Shown: positions 8,346 to 17,964 of the stretch, piece by piece | Numbering within the stretch: position 1 is the first letter of the stretch | Layout: every line of letters begins with the position of its first letter | Virus record (IMG/VR): IMGVR_UViG_3300045971_000101 | Direction: 5' to 3' (one strand) | Origin: a virus | DNA length: 42,460 nt | Notes under the pieces: model-generated | Database searches by the model: none | What the model saw: only the letters and a program-made list of their open reading frames with translations | Told to the model about the DNA's origin: nothing | Position numbers and translations under genes: made by a program

Positions 8346-9203
8346 ATGGGAATGATTAATGGTTTACGTGCGATGAACGCACTAACAGCAGGCACGATGA
8401 GCGGTGCGCAATTAACGACTTATCTGGCTTCTGGAATTAATTACGGTAGCTTTACACAGTTGTTGAACTTGAAAGGGCAGGCGAACATACTGGTTAACTC
8501 TAGTTCGGCTATGACGGCTATTGTAGCTTCCAGTACAGCGAGTGTCGCCATTAGTAATACTCCTCTATGTAACAATGCTGTATTGGGTGGCAGTTATTCC
8601 GTCGGGGCTTATCTTGACAGATTAGCCATTGTTGATGGGGCTTCAACAAATGCTACTTTAGCTGCACAAACTACTATGGCGAATGTTTCTGGATCTAGTA
8701 CAGCGATAGCTGCTGCATGGGCATCTAATACAGCTACTAAGGCAATTATGTCTAGTGCTAACGCAAAATTAGAAGTCTATAAATCGGATGTTGCACTAGC
8801 AGCGCTACAAGCTGCACCAACTCAAGTGCAAACATTAATTACTAATAAGATAGCAACCTTGATTGTTAATACTTGGCCTGGTGCGGCGATTAATTTAATT
8901 CCAAATGGAACCAAAATTATTATTCTGCGTAGATATTATTCTGCCGCAGATTATGACTACTTTAATTGGGCGAGAGATAGCTATACTTCAGGTACTGGTA
9001 ATGGGCCAGCAGCTGGAAGTGGAGTACGGACATTATATGCATCTGGAAGCGCAGCAGTGGGCTGCACTAGTGGAACTTACACCAGTAATTCGTTAGCGCC
9101 TGCAAATGATGCTACTGGAAACTTTGTCTGTGCGGCTAATGGGTTGCGTAAAGATAGTTCTGCTACTGGAGGCCTATCATATATTTACTACATCACGGTA
9201 TAA
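8346..9203 (+). CDS. Ala/Ser/Thr-rich structural protein, possibly fibre-associated
   Basis: 285-aa ORF between the two fibre genes. It has low-complexity A/S/T-rich repeats (SSSAMTAIVASSTASVAI, SSTAIAAAWASNTATKAIMSS). Confidence 0.45.
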   Translation: MGMINGLRAMNALTAGTMSGAQLTTYLASGINYGSFTQLLNLKGQANILVNSSSAMTAIVASSTASVAISNTPLCNNAVLGGSYSVGAYLDRLAIVDGASTNATLAAQTTMANVSGSSTAIAAAWASNTATKAIMSSANAKLEVYKSDVALAALQAAPTQVQTLITNKIATLIVNTWPGAAINLIPNGTKIIILRRYYSAADYDYFNWARDSYTSGTGNGPAAGSGVRTLYASGSAAVGCTSGTYTSNSLAPANDATGNFVCAANGLRKDSSATGGLSYIYYITV

Positions 9204-9206
9204 GCC

Positions 9207-9512
9207 ATGAAATTACTTATACGAGATAATCAGGTTATAGGCACAGCCACTGATGAATACAATGGCCCTGAGGAAACGAGGCCAGCAGATGACGCTTATT
9301 ATGCAACGGAAGCGGCTAGAGTAGCACAAGAGAAAAAAGATGCAGATGACCACGCATCGGCTAAAACCTATGCCAAATTAACCGCACTAAAGAATATGTC
9401 TCCCGCTGAGATTCAGACGTGGGTGACGGCTAATGTTAACACCTTAGCTCAAGCTAAAGACGCCATTATGACATTGGCTATTGGGCTATCCGTTTTAGCG
9501 AGACGATTATGA
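9207..9512 (+). CDS. Hypothetical protein
   Basis: 101-aa ORF with an ATGA overlap to the downstream fibre gene. No motif recognised. Confidence 0.5.
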   Translation: MKLLIRDNQVIGTATDEYNGPEETRPADDAYYATEAARVAQEKKDADDHASAKTYAKLTALKNMSPAEIQTWVTANVNTLAQAKDAIMTLAIGLSVLARRL

Positions 9513-10297
9513 GTTTAGAACAAGCAAAAACGATTGCGCAATTACAAACCAATAACCCCACACCACAAGACCCTATTAACCAAGGTGATGACCAGCTACG
9601 CCTCATAAAAAAGGTGCTGCAATTACAATTTCCGGGTGTTACAGGAACAGGATTCTCTACAGCCATTACAGCAACAGAAGATGAAATAAATTACCTTTCT
9701 GGTGTAACTGGCCCTATACAGGCACAGTTAGGCGGTAGTGTTCCGATAGGGGGGATTGTGATGTGGACAGGGGCTACAGCTCCTCAAAAATGGCGAATAT
9801 GTGATGGAACTAACGGAACTCCTGACCTAAGGAATAGGTTTATTGTAGGTGCCAGTACTGCCCATCCAATGGGTATAGTAGGGGGCCAGGCTGATGCTGT
9901 TGTAGTTGCACATGCCCATACTGCAAATTCTACTGGCTCTATTAATTTAGCAACAGGTGGAGCGCTATCTAATCACACTCACAACTTTACGACGAGTCCT
10001 GCCGATGTAAACCACACGCATGGTTATACCGTTACTAATACTTCTTCACAAGGCGCATCTAGTCTTGGTGGGGGGATTGCTGTGGGTAAAGCAAGCATCA
10101 TGACTGATGGGATGAGTGCAGGTAGTAATAATCCGCACGTACATTCTGGTACAACCTTAGCTGAAAATTCAATACACACGCATGGTGTAGCGGGAGCCGT
10201 AACTGTGACCACAGGTATTCTTGTGGAAGGTGTTTTAGGTACAAATGCTAATTTGCCGCCTTATTACGCGTTAGCCTATATTATGCGTTATCTGTAA
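9509..10297 (+). CDS. Tail fibre protein 2, with a phage tail-collar-type C-terminal domain and HxH repeats
   Basis: The N-terminus is paralogous to fibre 1. Collar-like GGIVMWTGATAPQKWRICDGTNGTPDLRNRFIVG and C-terminal NLPPYYALAYIMR. Repeated HxH motifs: AHAHT, NHTHN, NHTHG, PHVHS, IHTHG. Confidence 0.75.
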   Translation: MSLEQAKTIAQLQTNNPTPQDPINQGDDQLRLIKKVLQLQFPGVTGTGFSTAITATEDEINYLSGVTGPIQAQLGGSVPIGGIVMWTGATAPQKWRICDGTNGTPDLRNRFIVGASTAHPMGIVGGQADAVVVAHAHTANSTGSINLATGGALSNHTHNFTTSPADVNHTHGYTVTNTSSQGASSLGGGIAVGKASIMTDGMSAGSNNPHVHSGTTLAENSIHTHGVAGAVTVTTGILVEGVLGTNANLPPYYALAYIMRYL

Positions 10298-10299
10298 TC

Positions 10300-11931
10300 A
10301 TGGAAATTAAAAGTCTATCAGTCGCTGAAACTAAGGGGATTAATTCAGACATTACGCCTGTTAATTTGCCGCCTGATACCTTTTCAAGTGGTATAAACTT
10401 TCGTTGCATTAATAAGTCACTAACCTCATTCAGTGGCACATCAAATTTAGTGACTTTCGTCAACTCCGTTAATCCTGCCAAAGTGATTAGTATAATTGGA
10501 AGTGACATTGTTTATTACGTCGTTTTTGGTAATACCTCAGTATTAATTTCAAATGGAATAAGTTTCTTTGATATCTCCTCTACCGTTTATGACGTATTAG
10601 CTGATGGCTGGGACTACTGCGATGAAAGCCAGGTTCCTATCTTTAACAATCCTATATGGTACCCTGAATACTGGATGCCTGTGGGTAGTAATCAAGTATT
10701 GAAACCCTTACCATTTTCTACCACTAAGACTTGGCAGGCTGCTAATAAACAAGCGAATTTAATTCGTTCTCATAAGAATTTCTTATTTGCATTAGGAACG
10801 ATTGAGGACGGTACTGAATATAACAATAGGTTCAGGTGGTCAGCTCCAGCAGACTCAGGTGGCATACCCTATACGTGGGATGAAACAGACTTATCTTCTA
10901 TAGCTGGGACAGCGGTATTACAGGGTAACTATGGACGCATTATTGAGGGGATGACTCAGCGCGATACCTTTGTTATTTATTCAGAAACTGGGACAAACAT
11001 CCTGACTTATATAGGCGATCCGCTTATCTGGAAGATAACTGAGTTCTCTAACACTAGTGGCATCCTTGCTAAGAATTGTGTGGTTTGTGCTGATAACAAA
11101 CATTATGTCATCACACAAGACGATATTATCATCCATGATGGAACCAACCTATCATCCTTGTTGCACAACAGATTAAGGATGCGGGTTAAGTCTGCACTCG
11201 CCTCTGAGTATTCAAAAAATTCTTATGTATTAGCTGAGTTTTCTAAAAAGGAAGTGTGGTTCTGTATTGTTGAATCAGGGTTCCAGCGACCCAATATCGC
11301 CATTATTTATAACTGGGTAGACGACACACTTGCCTTATTAGACATAGGCGCGCGCTTTGCCAGTATGGTTTATGCACCTATTATTTTTCAAAAAGTATCG
11401 TATGTTAATGTTAATAGAAATTACGACACTATTGACACGACTTATATCGAATTAATGGGTAATGAAGTCAGTGCTAATGCTGATTGGGATAGCCAGACAC
11501 AAGCTTGGGCAAATAATGATTTTCGTTGGAATTATACTAATAGTTTACCTGTTTTAGATGGAATTATTGGTATAGATCCAGTTGCTAAAACAGTGAGTGC
11601 CTTGACTGTCAATGACTTTTCAAAGGACTTTGATACGGTATTGGTGCATGAGGACTTTGTATTTGACAATCTATTGTCGGTATCTAGTGTGGTTAGTATG
11701 TATCCCATCATTCATTGCTACGGTGAAATGTCCATACAGATGGGCTCTAAGTATAACCAAGGTGAACCCACTATGTGGCAACCGGCGGTTATCTTTAATC
11801 CGTCACAAACTAAGAAAGTCGATATAAGAACAACGGGAGTCTATCATTCCTGGAAGTTTTCAAGTATAGGGAACGTGCCTTTTACCTTATCAGGGTTCAC
11901 TATTTACTATGCAAATAATGGTAAGCGTTAA
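10300..11931 (+). CDS. Large virion structural protein, putative tail component
   Basis: 543-aa ORF in the structural block directly after the fibre genes. No motif recognised; the call is positional. Confidence 0.4.
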   Translation: MEIKSLSVAETKGINSDITPVNLPPDTFSSGINFRCINKSLTSFSGTSNLVTFVNSVNPAKVISIIGSDIVYYVVFGNTSVLISNGISFFDISSTVYDVLADGWDYCDESQVPIFNNPIWYPEYWMPVGSNQVLKPLPFSTTKTWQAANKQANLIRSHKNFLFALGTIEDGTEYNNRFRWSAPADSGGIPYTWDETDLSSIAGTAVLQGNYGRIIEGMTQRDTFVIYSETGTNILTYIGDPLIWKITEFSNTSGILAKNCVVCADNKHYVITQDDIIIHDGTNLSSLLHNRLRMRVKSALASEYSKNSYVLAEFSKKEVWFCIVESGFQRPNIAIIYNWVDDTLALLDIGARFASMVYAPIIFQKVSYVNVNRNYDTIDTTYIELMGNEVSANADWDSQTQAWANNDFRWNYTNSLPVLDGIIGIDPVAKTVSALTVNDFSKDFDTVLVHEDFVFDNLLSVSSVVSMYPIIHCYGEMSIQMGSKYNQGEPTMWQPAVIFNPSQTKKVDIRTTGVYHSWKFSSIGNVPFTLSGFTIYYANNGKR

Positions 11932-12158
11932 TGGAAACTGTACCTAAAGGATTGTCCCCTGACTTAGAAAGCTATTTTACAAGGACATTAAGTCGGCTTG
12001 AGGACTTACAATCTAACCAAGTTCCTGAGCTTAGAACCTCATTGCCTGCAAAGCCTATCTTGGGACGATTGTATTATTTTAAGAATGAGATACTACCCAC
12101 TATCACACCTATTGGCCTGTGGATTTACAAAGCAACAGGTTGGACATTTATAATATGA
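11931..12158 (+). CDS. Hypothetical protein
   Basis: 75-aa ORF with TAATG and ATGA overlaps to both neighbours. Confidence 0.45.
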   Translation: METVPKGLSPDLESYFTRTLSRLEDLQSNQVPELRTSLPAKPILGRLYYFKNEILPTITPIGLWIYKATGWTFII

Positions 12159-12589
12159 GTCAATACCGATTTGAAATATTGCATCCTTATACCATGATTA
12201 AGATATGGGATGACTTATTGCCCCATATAGAGCGCGTGGTTGCTATTGGGCATGGTGAGTTTTCCGCTGAGTCTATCAAGCAAAAGGTATTAAATAACCG
12301 TGGCTTTATAATTGCAGTCTATGAAGGTGACGTTATTAAGGCTGTCAATACAGCGGAAGTAGCTGTATATGATAGCGGTTTGCGCTCGTTACTTATCCCA
12401 ATATTTGCAGGTGATGGTCTTAGGGATTGGGGGCCAGAATGGCTAGAAATACAAAGGGGTATTGCTATTTATTTTGATTGCAAAGAGATAAGGGGATTTG
12501 CCGTTAGGGATGGCTGGGAACGCATTTTAAAGGATTATAATTTTAAAACAACGTATTCCGTCATCACCATGCCGGTAGGAGAAGAGTAA
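12155..12589 (+). CDS. Hypothetical globular protein
   Basis: ATG 12155 overlaps the upstream stop (ATGA). 144 aa. No confident motif. Confidence 0.5.
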   Translation: MSQYRFEILHPYTMIKIWDDLLPHIERVVAIGHGEFSAESIKQKVLNNRGFIIAVYEGDVIKAVNTAEVAVYDSGLRSLLIPIFAGDGLRDWGPEWLEIQRGIAIYFDCKEIRGFAVRDGWERILKDYNFKTTYSVITMPVGEE

Positions 12590-13479
12590 TGGGAAGTTCA
12601 ACTAACAGTACCAGTGGAATACAGGGTGGACAAAGTACCTCTCAGAACTCCCGATCTGGTGGCAGTACCTTTGGGCAGGGTGTATTTAATGAAGGTGCGT
12701 TAAATAGCCTCTATGGAAGCGCACAGAATTTATACAATCAGGTATCAGGGACACAGCAAGGAATGGTTCCTGGCGCTGTAAACTTTCAGAATCAGCAAGC
12801 TCAAGGCGCGGCTAATGCTAATTCTGGGATGCAACAGGGTGGCGTTTACGGTGGCTTAGGCATTGGTAATCAGTTAATGGACTCGTTGCGACAATCTCAG
12901 AATACTCCTTCTAATATGCAAGAAGTTAACCGCATGATTATGGGAGGGAATGGCAATACGTCACTTGATGCGATGAAAGGGAGTCTTGAGGCGGATGCGG
13001 CACGTGCTCAGAACTTGAATCAAGCGGGTAATGCTGCACAGGCTGCTGGTGTGGGGATGTCTGGGAGTAGCCGACAGGGCGTTATGGATGCACTGGGCAA
13101 GAATGATATCAATAGGGGATTAATGGCTAATGAGGCAAAATTGGGTTATGACAGTTTCAACAGTGATTTACAACGTAAGATGGATATAGCTTCCGCTGCC
13201 GATACTAATACCTTTAACCGTCAACAATTAATGTCAGGTATGCTCGGGCAACAACAAGGTGCAGTGAATCAAGGAATTGGTAATACCACAGGTGTTCAGC
13301 AAGCGGGAATGGGGCAGTTTAATGCCGCTAATCAGCCGTGGCAGGGACTGCAAAATTACCAGAACACCTTAGGCGCACCAACGGTGCTTAATTCTGGTTC
13401 TAGTTATAATACGGGGCAAGGTTCACAGAGCGGATCAGGATGGGGAACTACGCAAAATTCTGGTGGTACGAAAGGCTGA
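12589..13479 (+). CDS. Gln/Asn/Gly/Ser-rich low-complexity protein, putative internal virion or ejection protein
   Basis: 296 aa with extreme Q/N/G/S bias (GGQSTSQNSRSGGSTFGQG..., NQQAQGAANANSGMQQGG...). Positioned ahead of the other internal-protein-like genes. Confidence 0.45.
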   Translation: MGSSTNSTSGIQGGQSTSQNSRSGGSTFGQGVFNEGALNSLYGSAQNLYNQVSGTQQGMVPGAVNFQNQQAQGAANANSGMQQGGVYGGLGIGNQLMDSLRQSQNTPSNMQEVNRMIMGGNGNTSLDAMKGSLEADAARAQNLNQAGNAAQAAGVGMSGSSRQGVMDALGKNDINRGLMANEAKLGYDSFNSDLQRKMDIASAADTNTFNRQQLMSGMLGQQQGAVNQGIGNTTGVQQAGMGQFNAANQPWQGLQNYQNTLGAPTVLNSGSSYNTGQGSQSGSGWGTTQNSGGTKG

Positions 13480-13895
13480 TGAAAGCGGATATAGCTCGAT
13501 ATAATAATGTGGTTCAACTTGAGAACTACATTAAAGAGAATATGGATAATGTAGAACTTGAGGTGTCGCATCATCAAATACCCGGAGTCTATGTTAGAGC
13601 GATTTATATACCAAAGGATTTTATTCTTACTAGCAAAATACATAAACACGCTTGTATTAATATTATGACAAAAGGAATATTGGCTATATCAGAAGGCAAT
13701 GGGGATTATAAGAAGTTAGTGGCTGGCGATATATTTATAAGTCCAAAAGGCACAAAAAGAGCTGGGTATGCAGTCGAAGATGTTGTTTATGTGACAGCAC
13801 ATCATACATTTGAAACAAATATTGATGTTATTGAAGATTATTTAGCTTGTGATAGCGTTGATGATTATATTAAGTATTTGGAGAATTTATCATGA
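13479..13895 (+). CDS. Cupin-fold protein
   Basis: The two cupin motifs are approximated by SKIHKHACINIMTKG and AGDIFISPKGTKRAGYA. ATG 13479 overlaps the upstream TGA. The segment is visibly AT-richer than its neighbours. Confidence 0.5.
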   Translation: MKADIARYNNVVQLENYIKENMDNVELEVSHHQIPGVYVRAIYIPKDFILTSKIHKHACINIMTKGILAISEGNGDYKKLVAGDIFISPKGTKRAGYAVEDVVYVTAHHTFETNIDVIEDYLACDSVDDYIKYLENLS

Positions 13896-14362
13896 CTATA
13901 GCAGCCGCAGCAGCATCAGCTGCAACAGCCATTGGTGCATCAGCAGCAACCGCAGCGTCCGTTGGAACTATGGCGGCAGGTGCAGCAGGAGCAGCAGGAG
14001 CAGCTGGTATTGGCAGATTAGTAAGTGGTTCTGGTGGCAGTGGTGGTGGCCCTGGTAAAAGTACTGGTGATAGTATGCTTCAAGGCATACAAGAATATGT
14101 TAAAAATATAGATATGTCACAGCCAGAAGCGGCACCGCCTGATGCACAGCCAAACTTCGCTCGTAACCCCATTCCTGCGCCTAATAATGGCGCATCTGCG
14201 ACACAGCAACCCACACAGAACTTTACGCCAATATCAGGTAATCAGTTTAGTCCTGTAGCACAAACGCCTTCACGTGGCTTTGGGCAACCACAGGGTCAAG
14301 GTCAGCTTCCTGAGAATATTCAGGGATTCATTGCGCATCTGATGGGAGGATATAATGGCTAA
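13892..14362 (+). CDS. Ala/Gly-rich hydrophobic N-terminus protein, putative internal virion or membrane-inserting protein
   Basis: MTIAAAAASAATAIGASAATAASVGTMAAGAAGAAGAAGIGRLVSGSGGSGGG, then a P/Q-rich tail. ATGA overlap with the cupin gene. Confidence 0.45.
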   Translation: MTIAAAAASAATAIGASAATAASVGTMAAGAAGAAGAAGIGRLVSGSGGSGGGPGKSTGDSMLQGIQEYVKNIDMSQPEAAPPDAQPNFARNPIPAPNNGASATQQPTQNFTPISGNQFSPVAQTPSRGFGQPQGQGQLPENIQGFIAHLMGGYNG

Positions 14363-16175
14363 TGATCCTAATGCAGGGCTAAGTACCATGCTTTCATTCC
14401 TTCAACAGGGTTCTAATGCAGGAAATGATCCACTACCACAAATGCCAGATTATACTAGCATAAATATGCCTGCTCCACAACAGCAGCAACATCAGGGTGG
14501 TAATGGCTTTGGTGGTGTACTAAAAGGACTTCTTGGTAATCTTACAAGTCAGTATTTAGGATATAAACTAAAATCATATACTGATAAGCAAGATAATGAA
14601 GAATTTGGTGCTGCCCTTAATAAAGGTATTGAATCACAAATGAGCACTGTTGGTAAAGATAGTGCTTTTTATCCTATTTTAAAAAATGCTCTTAGTTATC
14701 CTAGTAATGAAATTGGCAATAAAAATAAACATGATTCATTAAATTATATTAATAATGCTTTAACATCTGCTGCGACTCCAACAGCAAATTATAAAGATGC
14801 CACAAATTCAGTAACAGCACCTACTTACCAACGTCATTTTAAGAATATTGGTGCATCAGATGGCACTGAACGTAATGCTGATGGCAGTTTATCTGATATA
14901 CCATACAATCATACACCTGGTAGTTTAATAGACTATAAAGCACAAATTGCCCAAAATCAAAAAGCTTCACCTCCTGGTGCCAATCCAGAACAGTTGGCTT
15001 TATCTAAAGATCGTAATAGGATTGCGCAAGAAAGTTTAGATGCTAGATTACATCCACCATTAAAACTTGGCCCCGGTGAAGAAGTTGATCCATATAATCA
15101 AGGTAGTACAAGACTTAGAACTAATTCACCACAATGGATTGTTGCTAGTCAAAAACATGAAAAAGATTGGCAACAAAAAGAATTTATTAATACTAAAGCA
15201 GATATAGCACAACAAAAAATTAAAAATATATTAGACCCCAAAAATAAGTCTGGGTTTGAACGTAATTTTGGTAGTAATTATAGTGGTTATTTAACTAGTC
15301 AATTTCCAGATGCTGTTGTTGTTAGAAAAGAACTTGACGATTTAAAAGATTCTTTGAAAAATGCTGGTTTAGATATGATGAAAACTGGCGGCTCTATTGG
15401 TGCCATGTCAGTACAAGAATGGCCAATAGTACAAGGTGTACTTGGTTCTATTACACCTGGAATGCCCGAAGATGAAGCTAGAACTAAATTACAAGAAGTA
15501 AACGATAGACTAGAAGTTATACGTAATCTTGGCACTAATAGTTATGATACTGGATGGTCTAATAGTCAGTTTTATAATCCAAAAACATCTAAACAGATAC
15601 AGAGAGAAAAAGAGGATGCTCTAAAGAACAAAGATCAGCCAGAACAGTCAGGTGGTACAGGCCAACAAGGTGCTAAAAATGTCTATAATTATGGTAATCT
15701 ACGACCATCAAAATCTTCTGGTGGGTTTCAGTCTTATAAAACTCCAGAGGAAGGCATAGCAGCTATTGGTAACCAATTAAAAATATATGGTAACAGAGAT
15801 GGTATAAACACAATTGCTGGTATTGTCAATAAATGGGCACCAGAAAGTGATGGTAATGATGTTCAAGCATACATTAAAAGTATTTCACAGACAACAGGCT
15901 TAGGCCTTAATGATAAAATAGACTTAAATGATCCAGCAATGGTGCATATGATTACTGCTGGAATTATGAGGAAAGAAAGTAATAAGTGGAAAAAATCCAG
16001 TCAACCTACCAAACAACCAGCTCAAGTTGCTCAATCAGATCAACAAATGCCAGATCAACAAACAGGTCCATTACAGACTAAATCAAAATTTACGCCAACA
16101 CAATTTGGCACTAATAAAAAGAATGGTAGAAAATACTTTATAAATGCTGATGGTAAGCCGGAGTATGTACCATGA
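14355..16175 (+). CDS. Internal virion protein with a conserved-looking C-terminal globular domain
   Basis: 606 aa. The C-terminal region reads NVYNYGNLRPSKSSGGFQSYKTPEEGIAAIGNQLKIYGNRDGINTIAGIVNKWAPESDGNDVQAYIKSI. Position is analogous to podovirus core proteins. Confidence 0.45.
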   Translation: MANDPNAGLSTMLSFLQQGSNAGNDPLPQMPDYTSINMPAPQQQQHQGGNGFGGVLKGLLGNLTSQYLGYKLKSYTDKQDNEEFGAALNKGIESQMSTVGKDSAFYPILKNALSYPSNEIGNKNKHDSLNYINNALTSAATPTANYKDATNSVTAPTYQRHFKNIGASDGTERNADGSLSDIPYNHTPGSLIDYKAQIAQNQKASPPGANPEQLALSKDRNRIAQESLDARLHPPLKLGPGEEVDPYNQGSTRLRTNSPQWIVASQKHEKDWQQKEFINTKADIAQQKIKNILDPKNKSGFERNFGSNYSGYLTSQFPDAVVVRKELDDLKDSLKNAGLDMMKTGGSIGAMSVQEWPIVQGVLGSITPGMPEDEARTKLQEVNDRLEVIRNLGTNSYDTGWSNSQFYNPKTSKQIQREKEDALKNKDQPEQSGGTGQQGAKNVYNYGNLRPSKSSGGFQSYKTPEEGIAAIGNQLKIYGNRDGINTIAGIVNKWAPESDGNDVQAYIKSISQTTGLGLNDKIDLNDPAMVHMITAGIMRKESNKWKKSSQPTKQPAQVAQSDQQMPDQQTGPLQTKSKFTPTQFGTNKKNGRKYFINADGKPEYVP

Positions 16176-17848
16176 GTGGTAGTAACTTAGTTCCAGAAGA
16201 AGATATGCAAGATTTGGTACCCAATAAGAATCTTGTACCAGAAGAAGATTTGCAAGATTTAATGCCGCAGGCTGGTGGTATGCCAGCAGTTACTAAAGGT
16301 CAAAGAACTGCTATGCAAGACTTGTTAGATAGGTCTCATAATGCACTGTATGGTATGGCTGGACGTGGAGAGGAGATGTTTGCTGGATTAACTGAGAAAC
16401 TTCAGTCACCAGAATACATGCAGAAGATAGCAGCTCAAAGAGAGTGGCGTAAAAACACTCCCGGTGCAGAATTTGGCGGTATGGGTACAGATGCTATAGC
16501 ATCATTATTACCTACATTAAAGTATCCTAAAATGGCTGGGTTAATTGGTTCTGGTATGTCTGGTTACATGCAAGGTTTTGCAACTAAACCTGGTACTTTA
16601 CAAGAACGTGCGGATCAAGGTATGGAATCTGGTATTGGTGGTGTAGTAGGTTCTGCTATACCAGGTGCCCTATCCAAAGTTTTTGGCGGTGTGCCATTAT
16701 CAGCAGAAGCTAAGACACTTATAAAGGAAGGCGTACAACCAACTGTTGGCCAGGCTATAGAACAGAAGACTGGGCTAGGTGGTATTGTTGGTTCTGGCGT
16801 ATCAAGATTAGAAAGTGCTTCTCAGTCATTGCCATTCTCTGGTGCTGCTACGCGGCATGCTCGCAATAGAGCTATGGATAATTGGGAACAATCTACTATT
16901 AAAATGGCAGAGGACCCAGATTTAGGTATAACTGCAGGTGGTATGACTGGTTCAGATGGTATTAGCCATCTTTATCATAAAGGATTTAAACCTGCTTATA
17001 AAGATTCTTTATCTGGTCAATCAGTTCCTGTTACACCACGATTGTTTTCTGATATACATATTGAATTGCAGAATCCCAACTTATTCATGACAAATGAAGC
17101 TAGAAATGAAACACGTAATTTTTTAGAGTCACAATTTAGGTCTATTAAACAAATACCTGGCCCTGGTAGCCAAACTGCTACGCATTATTCTGCGCAAGAT
17201 TTACATGATATAGAATCCAATATTGCTGGCCATGCTCGTAAATTAATTGGTTCACAAGATAAAAACCAGAGAGGCCAAGGACAATTACTTGATAATATAG
17301 AAGAAGCTTTAGCTAAGTACCGTAGAGATTTTTTACCACCATATGTGGCACAGAAGGTAGGTCGTATAGATGATAAGTATGCTATATACAAGCATTTAGA
17401 AAAAGCATCCGGTACATTATCTGCTGATGCCGGGCACTTTACACCAACACATCTATTATCGGTCGAGAAACGAATGGATCCAAGCAAAGATAAAGGCGCA
17501 TTTGGTAGAGGTGAAGCATTAATGCAACAATGGGCTCAAGCTGGTAAGACTGTGTTGCATGATACTGTTGGCGTATCTAGTGCTCCATCCAGATCAATGT
17601 TTAAAAATGCTTTAACTTTACCTGGTGTTATTGGCACTGGTATTGAAGGTGGTGTATTATCTCATCCTGCTATATGGGTACCTTATGGTGGCATAGCTAC
17701 TGCATTAGCTGCCGGCTCTACTAAACCTGTACAGAAAATATTGACTGGTGGTGGGCCAACACAGAAAAGACTTGCAGAATTATTAGATAAAATTGGTAAA
17801 CCTGTCGGTAAGTCTTTAGGTGTTGGATTATCTTTGAATGATGATTGA
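16172..17848 (+). CDS. Internal virion protein, the last gene of the plus-strand block
   Basis: 558 aa with an ATGA overlap to the upstream gene. N-terminal duplicated motif NLVPEEDMQDLVP / NLVPEEDLQDLMP and Gly-rich hydrophobic stretches. Confidence 0.45.
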   Translation: MSGSNLVPEEDMQDLVPNKNLVPEEDLQDLMPQAGGMPAVTKGQRTAMQDLLDRSHNALYGMAGRGEEMFAGLTEKLQSPEYMQKIAAQREWRKNTPGAEFGGMGTDAIASLLPTLKYPKMAGLIGSGMSGYMQGFATKPGTLQERADQGMESGIGGVVGSAIPGALSKVFGGVPLSAEAKTLIKEGVQPTVGQAIEQKTGLGGIVGSGVSRLESASQSLPFSGAATRHARNRAMDNWEQSTIKMAEDPDLGITAGGMTGSDGISHLYHKGFKPAYKDSLSGQSVPVTPRLFSDIHIELQNPNLFMTNEARNETRNFLESQFRSIKQIPGPGSQTATHYSAQDLHDIESNIAGHARKLIGSQDKNQRGQGQLLDNIEEALAKYRRDFLPPYVAQKVGRIDDKYAIYKHLEKASGTLSADAGHFTPTHLLSVEKRMDPSKDKGAFGRGEALMQQWAQAGKTVLHDTVGVSSAPSRSMFKNALTLPGVIGTGIEGGVLSHPAIWVPYGGIATALAAGSTKPVQKILTGGGPTQKRLAELLDKIGKPVGKSLGVGLSLNDD

Positions 17849-17900
17849 TTTAGATCTTATCATCTCTTTTAGAATGATTCAAATTCGATCGAGAATGATG

Positions 17901-17964
17901 ATTTAAGAAGAGAAAAATAAAAAGAGATATAATTCTATCAATTTAAAATTTTCTCTTCTTAAAT
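17901..17964. repeat. 16-bp perfect inverted repeat between the convergent blocks, a possible bidirectional terminator or binding site
   Basis: atttaagaagagaaaa (17901-17916) pairs with ttttctcttcttaaat (17949-17964) across a 32-nt spacer. A 15/16 copy of the right arm (ttttatcttcttaaat) occurs near 26174. Confidence 0.5.

Noticed and set aside
16190-16280. Imperfect 45-bp duplication encoding NLVPEEDMQDLVP / NLVPEEDLQDLMP at the start of gene 16172
   Set aside because: It is real but small and in frame, most simply a local duplication in a disordered N-terminus. There is no evidence of a separate function.
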